Source: Bacillota bacterium (GTDB lineage Bacteria > Bacillota > JAAYKD01). Taken from it: DNA of 64,000 bases. Below, in pieces: positions 10,615 through 20,815 of the stretch; positions within the stretch are counted from its first letter, which is position 1, and each line of letters starts with the position of its first letter. The notes beneath the pieces were generated by a model. It had not been told where the DNA came from. It was given only the letters and a program-made list of their open reading frames with translations, and made no database searches. A program made the position numbers and the translations under genes. Location of the stretch: contig OY762825.2 of the NCBI GenBank assembly GCA_963666425.2, positions 128,001 to 192,000 on the forward strand. The letters run 5' to 3'.

Positions 10615-11688
10615 ATGCTACGGCAGCAAACCAGAAAAATTAAGATCGGCAGCACTCAGATCGGAGCAGGTTCTCCCGTTCTGGTACAGTCTATGTGTGA
10701 TACCGACACGAGGAATATTCCCGCTACAGTGGCTCAGATTCGCGACTTGGCAGCAGCCGGCTGTGAAATCGTGCGGGTCGCGGTTGTCGACTGGGAAGCA
10801 GCCGAAGCGATTGGAAAAATCAAAGCGCAGATCCAGTTGCCGCTGGTGGCGGACATTCATTTTGATTATCGTCTGGCTCTGGAAGCGATCCGGCAGGGGG
10901 TCGACAAACTCAGAATAAATCCGGGTAATATTGGCAGCGATGAGCGGGTCAAAGCAGTGGCTGATGCTGCCAAATGTCAAGGAATTCCGATTCGGATCGG
11001 GGTAAACGGCGGCTCGCTGGAACGCTCCATTCTGGAAAAATACCAGCATCCAACTGCTGCCGCGATGGTGGAGAGTGCCTTACAGCATGTTGCTTTGCTG
11101 CAAAAAAACGCTTTCGAGGATATTGTTCTTTCCTTAAAAGCGTCCAATGTGCTGGAAACGGTAGAAGCGTATCGTTTGGTTGCAAAAGAATGTGATTATC
11201 CGCTGCATTTAGGTATTACAGAAGCCGGACCGCCCAGTACGGGAATCATTCGTTCTTCCGTCGGACTCGGTATCCTGTTGGCGGAGGGATTGGGCGATAC
11301 CATCCGGGTTTCTTTATCCGGCAGTCCTTTGGAAGAGGTGCGGGTAGGCTGGCAGATTCTGAATAACCTCGATTTGCGTCAGCGCGGCGCCAAATTGATT
11401 TCCTGTCCGACCTGCGGCAGACGCAAAGGCGATGTTTATGGCATTGCGGCAGAGGTCGAAAAATTGCTGCGCAGCTATCAGGGTCCCTTCTTAACCGTTG
11501 CCGTGATGGGCTGTGAAGTCAACGGACCGGCGGAAGCGCGCGAGGCTGATATTGGTTTGGCGCTCGGGAAAGAAAAGGCTTTGCTGTTTGTCCATGGTGA
11601 AGTCCAAGAAATTCTTGAACCTACTCAATATCTGGAACATCTGGCAGCAGCCATACAAGTCTATCAGTCAAAAAGTGCAGCAAAATAG
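10615..11688 (+). CDS. ispG: HMBPP synthase (MEP pathway)
   Basis: VQSM, VADIHFDY, RINPGNIG, HLGITEAG, SCPTCGR, VMGCEVNGP. Confidence 0.98.
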   Translation: MLRQQTRKIKIGSTQIGAGSPVLVQSMCDTDTRNIPATVAQIRDLAAAGCEIVRVAVVDWEAAEAIGKIKAQIQLPLVADIHFDYRLALEAIRQGVDKLRINPGNIGSDERVKAVADAAKCQGIPIRIGVNGGSLERSILEKYQHPTAAAMVESALQHVALLQKNAFEDIVLSLKASNVLETVEAYRLVAKECDYPLHLGITEAGPPSTGIIRSSVGLGILLAEGLGDTIRVSLSGSPLEEVRVGWQILNNLDLRQRGAKLISCPTCGRRKGDVYGIAAEVEKLLRSYQGPFLTVAVMGCEVNGPAEAREADIGLALGKEKALLFVHGEVQEILEPTQYLEHLAAAIQVYQSKSAAK

Positions 11689-11737
11689 AAAGGCAATGCG
11701 ATTAGGAGCGATCTTGTCGTTATTTTTCGATTGCTTA

Positions 11738-11766
11738 TTGCATCCGCAGCAAATCTATGCTATAAT
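11738..11766 (+). promoter_or_regulatory. SigA promoter of the rimP-nusA-infB operon
   Basis: TTGCAT-N17-TATAAT with extended -10 TG. Confidence 0.75.
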
Positions 11767-11780
11767 CTTATTCAATAGTC

Positions 11781-11810
11781 GAGAGTGGGAATTCCCACTC
11801 TCTCTTCTTT
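11781..11810 (+). promoter_or_regulatory. rimP leader hairpin (terminator-like attenuator)
   Basis: GAGAGTGGGAATTCCCACTCTC perfect hairpin with a pyrimidine tail; the GAGTGGG...CCCACTC motif is typical upstream of rimP. Confidence 0.65.
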
Positions 11811-11830
11811 GTGTAAAGGAATGATGATCG

Positions 11831-12292
11831 ATGAAAACACCGCTGGAACGATGCAAAGAAATTGCGGAAAAAATCGCCTCTGAACTTGGTTATGAAATTT
11901 ATCAGGTGCAGCTTGTGAGAGAAACAGGCCATTTAATTCTACGTATTAGCATAGATCATCCGGATCAGATCAGCCATGAGGATTGCGAGAAATTTAGCAA
12001 AGCCATTGATCCTGCTTTGGATGAGGCGGATCCCATTCGCAGTAATTACTACCTGGAGGTTTCCTCACCAGGTTTGGAGCGCGAGCTGCGCAATGATCGC
12101 GATCTGCAGCGTTTTCTTGGGTTTCTAGTCAAAGTGCAGTGCAGTAAAGCCGTGTTGGAGCAAAAAATACAAGTGGGTTATTTATCGGCGTTTGATCAGG
12201 AAAGCATAATCCTGGAGCAGAATGGAAATCAGATTGTCATCCCGCGTGGCGTGATAAAAAAAGTCCAACTGGAAATTGATTGGAACAGATAG
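11831..12292 (+). CDS. rimP: Ribosome maturation factor RimP
   Basis: DCEKFS, YYLEVSSPGLER. Confidence 0.96.
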   Translation: MKTPLERCKEIAEKIASELGYEIYQVQLVRETGHLILRISIDHPDQISHEDCEKFSKAIDPALDEADPIRSNYYLEVSSPGLERELRNDRDLQRFLGFLVKVQCSKAVLEQKIQVGYLSAFDQESIILEQNGNQIVIPRGVIKKVQLEIDWNR

Positions 12293-12336
12293 AGAGAAAT
12301 TCGTTTATCTGACAGATCAGAAGGAGTCGTAATTGT

Positions 12337-13398
12337 ATGAATACCGAATTCATAGAAGCGCTGCGTGCCGTTGCACGTGAAAAAAATATCTCTGAAGACG
12401 TTTTAAATAAAACGATTGAGCAAGCGATCGTATCAGCTTATAAACGAAATTTCAACAACACCGCCAATGTGCGGGTCAGCATCGATCAGTTAACCGGTGC
12501 GATCCACGTTTATGCCAGGAAAACGATTGTAGCAGAAATCAAAGATCTTAAGAGCGAAGAGACGCTGGAAAATGCCCAGCTGCTCAATCCCAATTATCAG
12601 CTGAATGATGTAATCGAGACCGAAGTGACGCCTCGCGATTTTGGCAGAATTGCCGCTCAAACCGCAAAACAGGTTGTTGTCCAGCGTTTGCGGGAAGCGG
12701 AAAGAGGTTTAGTTTACGATCAGTATGCGGAACGCGAAGGTGATATCCTGGGTGGTATGATTCAGCGCTTCGAACATAAAAATATCATTGTGGAGTTGGA
12801 GAATCAGGTAGAAGCGCTGCTGCCGGCAGGGGAACAGGTAGCCGGTGAAGAATATCAATTAGGACAGAAAATGAGCTTTTTTGTGGTTGAAGTCAAGCGC
12901 TCGCCTAAAGGTCCTCAAATCGTTGCTTCCCGCTCCCATCCCGGTCTCTTGCGCCGTTTATTCGAATTGGAAGTACCGGAATTATACGACGGTACGATCG
13001 AGATGAAAGCCGTTGCCCGCGAAGCAGGACAGCGCTCTAAGGTTTCAGTCTATTCGAAAGATGAAAATGTGGATCCGGTTGGCTCTTGTGTCGGTCCCAA
13101 GGGTGCCCGCGTCCAAGCGGTAGTCAATGAGCTGAAGGGTGAGAAAATAGATATCGTCAAGTTTTCTCCTGATCCGGCCGAGTATATCGCTAATGCCCTC
13201 AGTCCGGCCAAAACAATTTCGGTCGCCCTCAATGAAGACGGCAAATCAGCCAGAGTCATCGTACCGGATTATCAATTATCCTTAGCGATTGGCAAGGAAG
13301 GGCAAAATGTCCGCCTTGCTGCCAAACTGACAGGCTTTAAAATTGATATTAAAAGTGAAAATCAATTACAGGCAGAACCTGTCAGCAGACAGGAATAA
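12337..13398 (+). CDS. nusA: Transcription termination factor NusA
   Basis: FGRIAAQTAKQV, S1 and KH domains, SLAIGKEGQNVRLAAKLTG. Confidence 0.99.
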   Translation: MNTEFIEALRAVAREKNISEDVLNKTIEQAIVSAYKRNFNNTANVRVSIDQLTGAIHVYARKTIVAEIKDLKSEETLENAQLLNPNYQLNDVIETEVTPRDFGRIAAQTAKQVVVQRLREAERGLVYDQYAEREGDILGGMIQRFEHKNIIVELENQVEALLPAGEQVAGEEYQLGQKMSFFVVEVKRSPKGPQIVASRSHPGLLRRLFELEVPELYDGTIEMKAVAREAGQRSKVSVYSKDENVDPVGSCVGPKGARVQAVVNELKGEKIDIVKFSPDPAEYIANALSPAKTISVALNEDGKSARVIVPDYQLSLAIGKEGQNVRLAAKLTGFKIDIKSENQLQAEPVSRQE

Positions 13399-13413
13399 AA
13401 GTGGGTGATGCAG

Positions 13414-13713
13414 ATGAAGCAAAAGAAAACACCGCAGCGTTTATGTGTAGGCTGTCAGGAGATGCATGAAAAACGTGCATTGATCCGCATTGTCAGAACT
13501 CCCGAAGGGGAGATCCTCTTGGATCTCAAGGGGAAACAATCCGGCAGAGGTGTTTATCTTTGCCCGCGCACAGAATGCTTTACACAGGCAGTCAAAGCCA
13601 AACGGATGCAAAAAGCCTTAAAATCAGAATTGTCCGCCGAACTCATTGCGAGATTACAGGCACAGATTACAGAGCAGGAAGCTTTGGCGACAAAGCCGAA
13701 TCTGCTTTCGTAA
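13414..13713 (+). CDS. ylxR: YlxR (RnpM) family RNA-binding protein
   Basis: PQRLCVGC, LIRIVR, GRGVYLC; position after nusA. Confidence 0.92.
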   Translation: MKQKKTPQRLCVGCQEMHEKRALIRIVRTPEGEILLDLKGKQSGRGVYLCPRTECFTQAVKAKRMQKALKSELSAELIARLQAQITEQEALATKPNLLS

Positions 13714-13863
13714 ACTGACCTGATATTAATATAGAATCATCTCTCTGTTTTTCAGTGTTCCTTCGTTTCTACATTGATGCAGACTGCCGATCATTCGATT
13801 AGGAGGGGTCAAGTCTATTCTATAACTGGATCTGGTAATTTACCGAAAAATGGAGGTGGCTCG

Positions 13864-16800
13864 ATGGGTAATATCACTGTTAATGAATTAGCCAAAAAAT
13901 TAAAAGTTTCCAGCAAGTTGATCGGAAGTCTCTTGACTGCGCTGGAGATTCCTGATGTAACCAATGAAACCATGATTGAAGATTCTGTGGAAAAAGCAGT
14001 TTCTGATGTCATTATGCGAGAAAAAGCCAAAAAGAACGCGCTGAAAGCGGAAAAAGAAGCGCAAGCAGAAACAATAAAAGTGAATATCAAACCGGATGCG
14101 GTCCTGCCGGAAGCGCTGAACACGGAAGCGCAAGTTTTGCATGTACAGACCGAAGCCAAATCGGCGGAAGTGGTGCTCGATGGCAAGACAGAACTAAGCA
14201 CGTCTGAGGAGAAGCTTGCTTCTGCTCTGCCGTCAACCGAAATACAAAACCAGGCGGCAGCTCCAGTTGTCAGACCTGCGCCGGCAAGACCGATGCAGCA
14301 AGGTCCGAATCAACCCGGCAGTACCTACGCCAATCAACGTCCGAACCAGCCGGCCGGCACACGCCCGGATGGAACCAGACCGCAATATCCGCGCACGGAT
14401 GCACCGCGTCCGCAGGGCGATGACCAGCGTCCGCCCTACACACCGCGCCCACAGGGTGATGCCCAGCGTCCGCCTTATACGCCGCGTCCGCAAGGAGATG
14501 CTCAGCGTCCGCCTTATACGCCGCGTCCGCAAGGGGATGCCCAGCGTCCGCCTTATACGCCGCGTCCGCAAGGAGATGCCCAGCGTCCGCCTTATACGCC
14601 GCGTCCGCAAGGAGATGCCCAGCGTCCGCCTTATCCGCCGCGTCCGCAAGGAGATGCTCAACGTCCGCCTTATCCGCCGCGTCCGCAAGGCGATGCCCAG
14701 CGTCCTCCTTATCCGCCGCGTCCGCAAGGCGATGGTCAGCGTCCTCCTTATCCGCCGCGTCCGCAGGGCGATGGTCAGCGTCCGCCTTATCCGCCGCGTC
14801 CGCAAGGCGATGGTCAGCGTCCGTCTTATCCGCCACGGCCTCAAGGTGATGGCCAGCGTCCGTCCTATCCGCCGCGGCCTCAAGGCGATGGTCAGCGTCC
14901 ATCTTATCCGCCGCGCCCGGGTATGCAGCAAAATCAGGGTGCCAGAACAGATAATCGTCAGCAGCGTTCCGGCCGTCCGGCGGTCGTTCCGCCGCCGCCG
15001 CAGATTGCACAGCCGGTCACAACCGGCAACAAGATGGTCAAAAAGGACCGCAAATACTCCGACGAACGGTATCGCACACAGGATCGCATGTTTTCTTCCG
15101 ACGGCGAAGCAGCACGTGCCGGTCGTGCCAATAAAAACGGCCGTAAGCCGAATAACCGCAGTAAAATGGTGGAAAAAGTCCTGAATACACAAACCCCCAG
15201 CCATATCGAGCTGGGCGGAACCGTGACAGTCAAGGGTTTGGCTGATTTGCTGAAAACCGATGCCGCTTCTGTGATCAAAAAAATGATGAAGTTTGGCGTC
15301 ATGGCCACTATGAATCAGGAAATCGATTTGGATACCGCAACGCTGGTTGTCGAAGAATTCGGCAGTACGGTGATTGCCCCCAAAGAAGCGTTTAACCCGG
15401 AAACAATTATTGAAGACGAAACAGATACCGAAGAAAACCTGCTGCCGCGTTCACCGGTCGTCACCGTCATGGGCCACGTCGATCACGGTAAAACTTCACT
15501 TTTGGATGCAATCCGCTCCACCAGCGTGGCTACGCGGGAAGCCGGCGGCATCACACAGGCGATCGGCGCGTATACCACAGAAATCAAAGGAAAAAAAATC
15601 ACATTCCTGGATACCCCGGGACATGCGGCATTTACTGCCATGCGTGCCCGCGGCGCTCAGGTCACGGATATCGCTGTTTTGGTTGTTGCCGCCGACGATG
15701 GTGTCATGCCGCAGACGATTGAAGCAATCAATCACGCCAAAGCGGCAAAAGTGCCAATCATCGTAGCAATCAATAAAATCGATCGCAGCAATGCCCAGCC
15801 GGAACGTGTGAAGCAGCAGCTGACTGAATATGGTCTTGTCGCGGAAGAGTGGGGCGGCGACACCATAATGGTGCCGGTTTCTGCCAACACGCATGAGGGG
15901 ATCGATACTTTACTGGAAAGTATTATCTTGCTCTCCGAGATCATGGAATTAAAAGCCAATCCGAATCGCAAAGCGGTCGGCACAGTCATCGAATCCAAAC
16001 TGGACAAAGGCCGCGGACCGGTCGCGACGGTTTTGGTGCATAAAGGTACCTTGAATATTGGTGATGTGCTCATTGTCGGCAAGACATTTGGCAAAGTACG
16101 TGCCATGATCGACGACAAGGGCAGACGCATTAAGAAAGCCGGACCTTCCACTCCAGTGGAGGTGGTTGGTTTGAGCGAAGTACCGGATTCCAGTGATTCT
16201 TTCTACGTAGTAGAAGATGAACGTCAAGCCAGACAATTGGCTGAAATGCGGGCTTCCAACCAAAAAATCGAAGAACAGAAGCAATCAAGCCGCATTACTC
16301 TGGAAGATTTGTTCACGCAAATGTCCACCGGTGAAGTGAAAGATCTTAATCTGATCCTGAAAGCGGATGTTTTTGGCTCCATCGATGCCATTAAAAACGC
16401 CTTGGAAAAGCTCTCCACCCCGGAAATCAAAGTCAATATCGTGCATACCGGTGTCGGCGCCATTTCAGAAACAGATGTCATGCTGGCCAGCGCTTCGCAT
16501 GCCATTATCATCGGTTTCAATATGCGGCCGGACCAAAATGCTCAAAAAATAGCCGATCAGCAATCGATTGATATCCGGACTTACCGTATCATTTATGAAA
16601 TTGTTGATGATGTGAAAGCCGCGATGAAGGGATTACTCTCACCTGTAATTAAAGACACGATTATCGGTCATGTGGAAGTCCGCGAGGTCTTCCGTATTTC
16701 CAAGATCGGCAACATTGCCGGCTGCTATGTTAATGACGGTAAAGTGACACGCAGTTCTTTGGTACGTGTGATTCGTGATGGCACTGTAGTCTTTGAAGGT

Positions 16801-16953
16801 GAAATTGATTCACTCCGCCGCTTAAAGGACGATGTCAAGGAAGTGGCTGCCGGTTACGAATGTGGTATCATGTTGGAACGCTTCAACGACATCAAAACCG
16901 GAGACCGTTTTGAAGTTTATATTAAAGAAGAAGTCAAACGGACCGACCTCTAA
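13864..16953 (+). CDS. infB: Translation initiation factor IF-2
   Basis: [25 protein letters not shown]; ATG at 13864 after GGAGGTG; long Pro/Arg/Gln-rich N-terminal linker. Confidence 0.99.
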   Translation: MGNITVNELAKKLKVSSKLIGSLLTALEIPDVTNETMIEDSVEKAVSDVIMREKAKKNALKAEKEAQAETIKVNIKPDAVLPEALNTEAQVLHVQTEAKSAEVVLDGKTELSTSEEKLASALPSTEIQNQAAAPVVRPAPARPMQQGPNQPGSTYANQRPNQPAGTRPDGTRPQYPRTDAPRPQGDDQRPPYTPRPQGDAQRPPYTPRPQGDAQRPPYTPRPQGDAQRPPYTPRPQGDAQRPPYTPRPQGDAQRPPYPPRPQGDAQRPPYPPRPQGDAQRPPYPPRPQGDGQRPPYPPRPQGDGQRPPYPPRPQGDGQRPSYPPRPQGDGQRPSYPPRPQGDGQRPSYPPRPGMQQNQGARTDNRQQRSGRPAVVPPPPQIAQPVTTGNKMVKKDRKYSDERYRTQDRMFSSDGEAARAGRANKNGRKPNNRSKMVEKVLNTQTPSHIELGGTVTVKGLADLLKTDAASVIKKMMKFGVMATMNQEIDLDTATLVVEEFGSTVIAPKEAFNPETIIEDETDTEENLLPRSPVVTVMGHVDHGKTSLLDAIRSTSVATREAGGITQAIGAYTTEIKGKKITFLDTPGHAAFTAMRARGAQVTDIAVLVVAADDGVMPQTIEAINHAKAAKVPIIVAINKIDRSNAQPERVKQQLTEYGLVAEEWGGDTIMVPVSANTHEGIDTLLESIILLSEIMELKANPNRKAVGTVIESKLDKGRGPVATVLVHKGTLNIGDVLIVGKTFGKVRAMIDDKGRRIKKAGPSTPVEVVGLSEVPDSSDSFYVVEDERQARQLAEMRASNQKIEEQKQSSRITLEDLFTQMSTGEVKDLNLILKADVFGSIDAIKNALEKLSTPEIKVNIVHTGVGAISETDVMLASASHAIIIGFNMRPDQNAQKIADQQSIDIRTYRIIYEIVDDVKAAMKGLLSPVIKDTIIGHVEVREVFRISKIGNIAGCYVNDGKVTRSSLVRVIRDGTVVFEGEIDSLRRLKDDVKEVAAGYECGIMLERFNDIKTGDRFEVYIKEEVKRTDL
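14404..14910 (+). repeat. Coding tandem repeat, 13 x 39 bp (PRPQGD[D/A/G]QRP[P/S]Y[T/P]) inside infB
   Basis: Counted directly in DNA and protein: 13 contiguous 39-nt units with no spacers. Confidence 0.95.
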
Positions 16954-16978
16954 TTTTCCTTAAAAGGAGAGAAATGCG

Positions 16979-17347
16979 ATGAAACAAAGAGCTTTGCGTC
17001 TTGCTGAAATTATTAAACAAGTCGTCAGCGAATTGATCCTGAATGACCTGCGTGATCCTCGCATCGGTTTTGTCAGCGTTTCCGATGTGGAGGTCAGTGG
17101 TGATTTGCGTTTGGTCAAAATCTATGTCAGTGTTTTAGGTTCGGAAGCAGAGCAAAAAGCCACCATGCAAGGTTTGGAGAGTGCCAAGGGTTTGATTCGT
17201 TCCACCATTGGCCAAGCAGTCAGTTTACGTTATACGCCGGATGTAGTGATTCTCTACGATGATTCCATTGCACATGGCTCCGAATTGATCGACTTAATGA
17301 AAAAAGTCAGTGATCAAGCGAAAATTGATCCAAACGAAAAAGTTTAG
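16979..17347 (+). CDS. rbfA: Ribosome-binding factor A
   Basis: DPRIGFVSV..VEVSGDL, LRYTP, DDSI. Confidence 0.97.
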   Translation: MKQRALRLAEIIKQVVSELILNDLRDPRIGFVSVSDVEVSGDLRLVKIYVSVLGSEAEQKATMQGLESAKGLIRSTIGQAVSLRYTPDVVILYDDSIAHGSELIDLMKKVSDQAKIDPNEKV

Positions 17348-17369
17348 TATCAAAAAACGAGGTGTCACT

Positions 17370-18344
17370 ATGGCAAATCGATTTGAAGCAAAAGAGGCGG
17401 CAGGGATTTTATCCCAGTCGCCCCTTTTCACACTGATTTATCATCAGCATCCGGATGGAGACTGCTTGGGCAGCACGGTAGCCCTGTCGCAAATGCTGCG
17501 CTTAGCGGGTGCGACGGTCCAGATTGTTGATGACGAACGGATTATTCCACGTTTATTGCAGCCCCTGTTGGAGGGGATCGAGCTGATGGCCAGTAAAACG
17601 ATTGAAAAAGTCGGCATTCTGATTTTAGTGGATTGCTGTGAACCGAAACGTACACCCACTTTCTGGCAAAAACTGTTGGATTTGAGTGAACGAATTCTGG
17701 TGATTGACCATCATCTAACGGCCTCGAGCTGTGGTTATGATGGTTGGATTGACGTCAAGGCGGCCGCTACCGCAGAAATGCTGACAGAATTGCTGGTGCT
17801 GCAGCCAAGGTGGCAAACGGAAAGTATCTGCCGCAGTTTATTTGTCGGCTTGGCTGCCGATACAGGTTTCTTTCACTATGCCAATACGACAGCGGCAACT
17901 TTTCAGGCGGCAGCTGTTTTACGGCAAAATCCCAACAGCGTTTATCAGCGCTATTTTTCTAATTATACGCTGCATGAAGTGCAGGCTTTTGGCGTTGCTC
18001 TGCAGCGTTTGCAGTCTGAAGAAGGGTTACTGTCTACCTACTTCAATTATGATGAAATGCAGCAACTGCAGGACAGTGATATCATCAGCGAGGTGCTGGA
18101 AATGCTGCAGTGTGTTGATGGCTGCAGCATCGTGGCTTTTATGAAAGAAATTGACCACGATGTTTGGAAAATTTCTCTGCGTCAGCGGGACAGCGAATAT
18201 GATCTGGCCGCTTTTGCCGCTGCGCGCGGCGGCGGGGGGCATCGCCAGGCGGCGGCATTTCAAAAAAATGGCAGTTTGCAGGAAGTGCAGCAGCAGCTGC
18301 GCAGCGAATGGAAAGATGTTTGGGTACTAGCATGCATGGAGTGA
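17370..18344 (+). CDS. nrnA: DHH/DHHA1 phosphoesterase (NrnA-like nanoRNase/pAp phosphatase)
   Basis: HQHPDGD, LVDC, IDHH, DTGFF, GGGH motifs; lies between rbfA and truB. Confidence 0.85.
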   Translation: MANRFEAKEAAGILSQSPLFTLIYHQHPDGDCLGSTVALSQMLRLAGATVQIVDDERIIPRLLQPLLEGIELMASKTIEKVGILILVDCCEPKRTPTFWQKLLDLSERILVIDHHLTASSCGYDGWIDVKAAATAEMLTELLVLQPRWQTESICRSLFVGLAADTGFFHYANTTAATFQAAAVLRQNPNSVYQRYFSNYTLHEVQAFGVALQRLQSEEGLLSTYFNYDEMQQLQDSDIISEVLEMLQCVDGCSIVAFMKEIDHDVWKISLRQRDSEYDLAAFAAARGGGGHRQAAAFQKNGSLQEVQQQLRSEWKDVWVLACME

Positions 18345-19303
18345 TAAATTTAGCAAAACCTGCCGGACCAACCTCCCATGATCTGGTTGCTTTTTTGCGC
18401 CGACAGCTGAAAATAAAACAAATAGGCCATACCGGCACGCTGGATCCTTTGGCTACCGGTGTACTACCGCTCTGTGTTGGGGATGCGACCCGTTTAGCAG
18501 AATACTTAACCGGCAGGAGTAAAACCTACCGTGTCACGATGCTCTTTGGCTGGCGTTCCGATTCTTACGATGTGAGTGGCTGTATGACAGAGAGCCAAAC
18601 CTTCAGCCTTGCAGCGGATGAGGTGCTGCAGGTGCTGTCGCATTTCAGAGGGGAGCTGCAGCAGACTCCGCCGATGCACTCCGCAATTTCGGTCAATGGT
18701 ATCCGTTTATATGAATTGGCGCGCAAAGGCGAAAGCATTGAACGGGAAGCACGGCCGATTCTGATTGAAGAACTGCAGCTGCTCACAGAATTGCCGGCTA
18801 AACTGCAAAAGGGCAGCAGCCTCGCATTGGAAGTCACTTGCAGCAAAGGGACTTACATTCGGACGCTCTGTGAAGACATCGGCAACCAGTTGGGCTGCGG
18901 CGCTGTCATGCAGCAACTGCAGCGAACCAGAAGCGGTCTGTTTTGCTTGGAACAGGCAGTTTCCAAAGCAGAAGTCGAAGAAGCATGTGCAGCCAATCAG
19001 GCAGCGAAGCTTTTCAGCAAACTGACACCTGCGCATCTTGGCTTACCTGCCTGCATCCTGAATGAGACACAACTACGGGAACTTCATTTTGGTCGGACAG
19101 TATTGCTGCCGGCTGCGGCAGGGGCGGCAAAAGAAATGCTTGTTTGTGATGCGGAGGAGAATTTACACGCCATTGCAGAAATTGCGCTGGACGATTGTCG
19201 GCAAAACCTAGTTTTAAAGCCACATAAAGTCTTCGCTAATCTGATCGCAATGGATCTTTCTTCAATCAAAGCGGAAGCAAAACAGGTGACAGCATGCAGA
19301 TAG
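18332..19303 (+). CDS. truB: tRNA pseudouridine-55 synthase
   Basis: KPAGPTSHD, GHTGTLDPLATGVL, CSKGTYIRTL. Confidence 0.97.
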   Translation: MHGVINLAKPAGPTSHDLVAFLRRQLKIKQIGHTGTLDPLATGVLPLCVGDATRLAEYLTGRSKTYRVTMLFGWRSDSYDVSGCMTESQTFSLAADEVLQVLSHFRGELQQTPPMHSAISVNGIRLYELARKGESIEREARPILIEELQLLTELPAKLQKGSSLALEVTCSKGTYIRTLCEDIGNQLGCGAVMQQLQRTRSGLFCLEQAVSKAEVEEACAANQAAKLFSKLTPAHLGLPACILNETQLRELHFGRTVLLPAAAGAAKEMLVCDAEENLHAIAEIALDDCRQNLVLKPHKVFANLIAMDLSSIKAEAKQVTACR

Positions 19304-20106
19304 TTCATGGCTTGACGAATTTACCCAAAGGAAAGCGAGCGATTGCGCTCGGGAATTTTGATGGAATTCACATCGGACACCGTCCGATCATTGCTGCGGC
19401 AGTACAGAGAGCGGCTGAAAAATCCTATCGCTCCAGCGTCTTGATGTTCGATCCTCATCCCATGCAAGTTCTGCATAGAAAGAGCGTTCTGCAATTGCTG
19501 ACAACTCCCAAACAACGTGCCGCGCTGCTGAAAAAAATGCAGGTGGATGAATTGATTCTGGTTCCATTCACGATAAAGATGCAGCAAATGCAGCCGCAGG
19601 ACTTTGTTGAACAGGTACTGCTGACGCGCTGCGAAGCAGCTTGTATTTCGGTGGGATACGATTATAGCTTTGGCTGCGGCGGCAAAGGCAGAACAGAATT
19701 ATTGCAAACCTTGAGCAGCCAAAAAGGCTTTGAACTGATCATTCAGCCGGCAGTGGAGTATTTGCAGCAGCCCGTTTCTAGTACACGCATCCGTTCGGCG
19801 GTTGCGGGCGGTGATTTGCGCTTGGCTGCGCTGCTGTTGGGCCGACTTTATGAAGCAGAGATCTGTCTTACTGCAGTGGGACCGGAAACCGGCAGGTTAA
19901 TCCAGACTGCGAAAACAGTCTTGCCAGAACAAGGCAGCTACCCCATCCGTTTTTATCACCCGGAAACGAAACTGAGCTATGCGGGCTGTTTTTTTGTGGT
20001 CGGTGAACAAGCGAGAGAATTTCAATTGCAATTGCAGGGATTTCCCTGGTCAAAAGGGAACATTTTTGGACGACTTACGTTTCTGTCAGATTCTCTCTCT
20101 GAATAG
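19294..20106 (+). CDS. ribF: RibF-like FAD synthetase: intact FMN adenylyltransferase domain, degenerate riboflavin-kinase domain
   Basis: ALGNFDGIHIGH, FDPHP, VGYDYSFG, SSTRIR present; C-terminal GFPTAN kinase motif absent; only 270 aa. Confidence 0.8.
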   Translation: MQIVHGLTNLPKGKRAIALGNFDGIHIGHRPIIAAAVQRAAEKSYRSSVLMFDPHPMQVLHRKSVLQLLTTPKQRAALLKKMQVDELILVPFTIKMQQMQPQDFVEQVLLTRCEAACISVGYDYSFGCGGKGRTELLQTLSSQKGFELIIQPAVEYLQQPVSSTRIRSAVAGGDLRLAALLLGRLYEAEICLTAVGPETGRLIQTAKTVLPEQGSYPIRFYHPETKLSYAGCFFVVGEQAREFQLQLQGFPWSKGNIFGRLTFLSDSLSE

Positions 20107-20109
20107 ATC

Positions 20110-20138
20110 TTGCGTTCATAGCAGAAATAAGCTATAAT
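20110..20138 (+). promoter_or_regulatory. SigA promoter of rpsO
   Basis: TTGCGT-N17-TATAAT. Confidence 0.7.
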
Positions 20139-20149
20139 ACTTTTGACAT

Positions 20150-20236
20150 CAAGTCATGACCCAAAGCGAGGTTGCTGGCGCCTCCTGCCTGTTTACTTGG
20201 CTTTTGGGACTAAAAAAAGTAGGAGGAACTCAAATT
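20150..20236 (+). promoter_or_regulatory. rpsO 5' leader, probable S15 autoregulatory RNA
   Basis: CCCAAAG...CTTTTGGG closing stem with an inner GAGG...CCTC hairpin upstream of the RBS. Confidence 0.45.
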
Positions 20237-20503
20237 ATGTTAGTCAAAGATCTCAAACAAGAAATCATTAAGACTTATCAGCTGCACGAAGGCGACACCG
20301 GATCTCCGGAAGTTCAAATCGCCATCTTAACGGAACGGATCAATCAATTGACCGAACATCTGAAAATTCACCGCAAAGACCATCACTCCCGTCGTGGTTT
20401 GTTCCTGATGATTGGTCAGCGCCGTGGTTTATTGGATTATGTCAAAAAGGTAGATATTGACCGTTATCGTGTCATCATCGAGAAATTAAAAATCCGTCGT
20501 TAA
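20237..20503 (+). CDS. rpsO: 30S ribosomal protein S15
   Basis: [24 protein letters not shown]; ATG after AGGAGG. Confidence 0.99.
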   Translation: MLVKDLKQEIIKTYQLHEGDTGSPEVQIAILTERINQLTEHLKIHRKDHHSRRGLFLMIGQRRGLLDYVKKVDIDRYRVIIEKLKIRR

Positions 20504-20512
20504 TTCACCTCG

Positions 20513-20560
20513 AAAAACTGCTCTCTGTTTTGCTTTCAGCGAACAGAAGGCAGTTTTTTT
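20513..20560 (+). terminator. Intrinsic terminator after rpsO
   Basis: AAAAACTGC...GCAGTTTTTTT long hairpin with a T tract. Confidence 0.75.
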
Positions 20561-20815
20561 AGGTTGTATTTCAAAAAGGTGTTGAAAAATTCCCTTATTT
20601 GCATCATATGAAAAATGAGACGATAAAAACGATGATGGAAGCTTTCTTGTTTCTGCAGAGTCGTTTAAGCTTGTCTTGAAAGCTTTAAAAACAGGATGTA
20701 ATTGATAGAGTATGATATTGGATTTTTAAATCAACGATTCATGCGCTGTTTCATAAAACAAAGATGGAACAGGGATAACGCATTGCTTTTACTTCATAAT
20801 AAGGAGAACAGGAAA

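Noticed and set aside
13774-13863. N-terminal extension of IF2 in the ORF track, or a hidden L7Ae/ylxQ gene
   Set aside because: The GGAGGTG RBS supports ATG 13864; the 150-bp gap is too short and shows no L7Ae motifs
14404-14910. 39-bp periodic array as a possible CRISPR
   Set aside because: Units are contiguous with no unique spacers, in frame within infB, vary mostly at third codon positions, and there are no cas genes
14216-15204. Long alternative-frame ORFs (322, 323 and 246 aa) over infB
   Set aside because: Shadow ORFs produced by a GC-rich, stop-free repeat with period divisible by three; no RBS or recognisable domain
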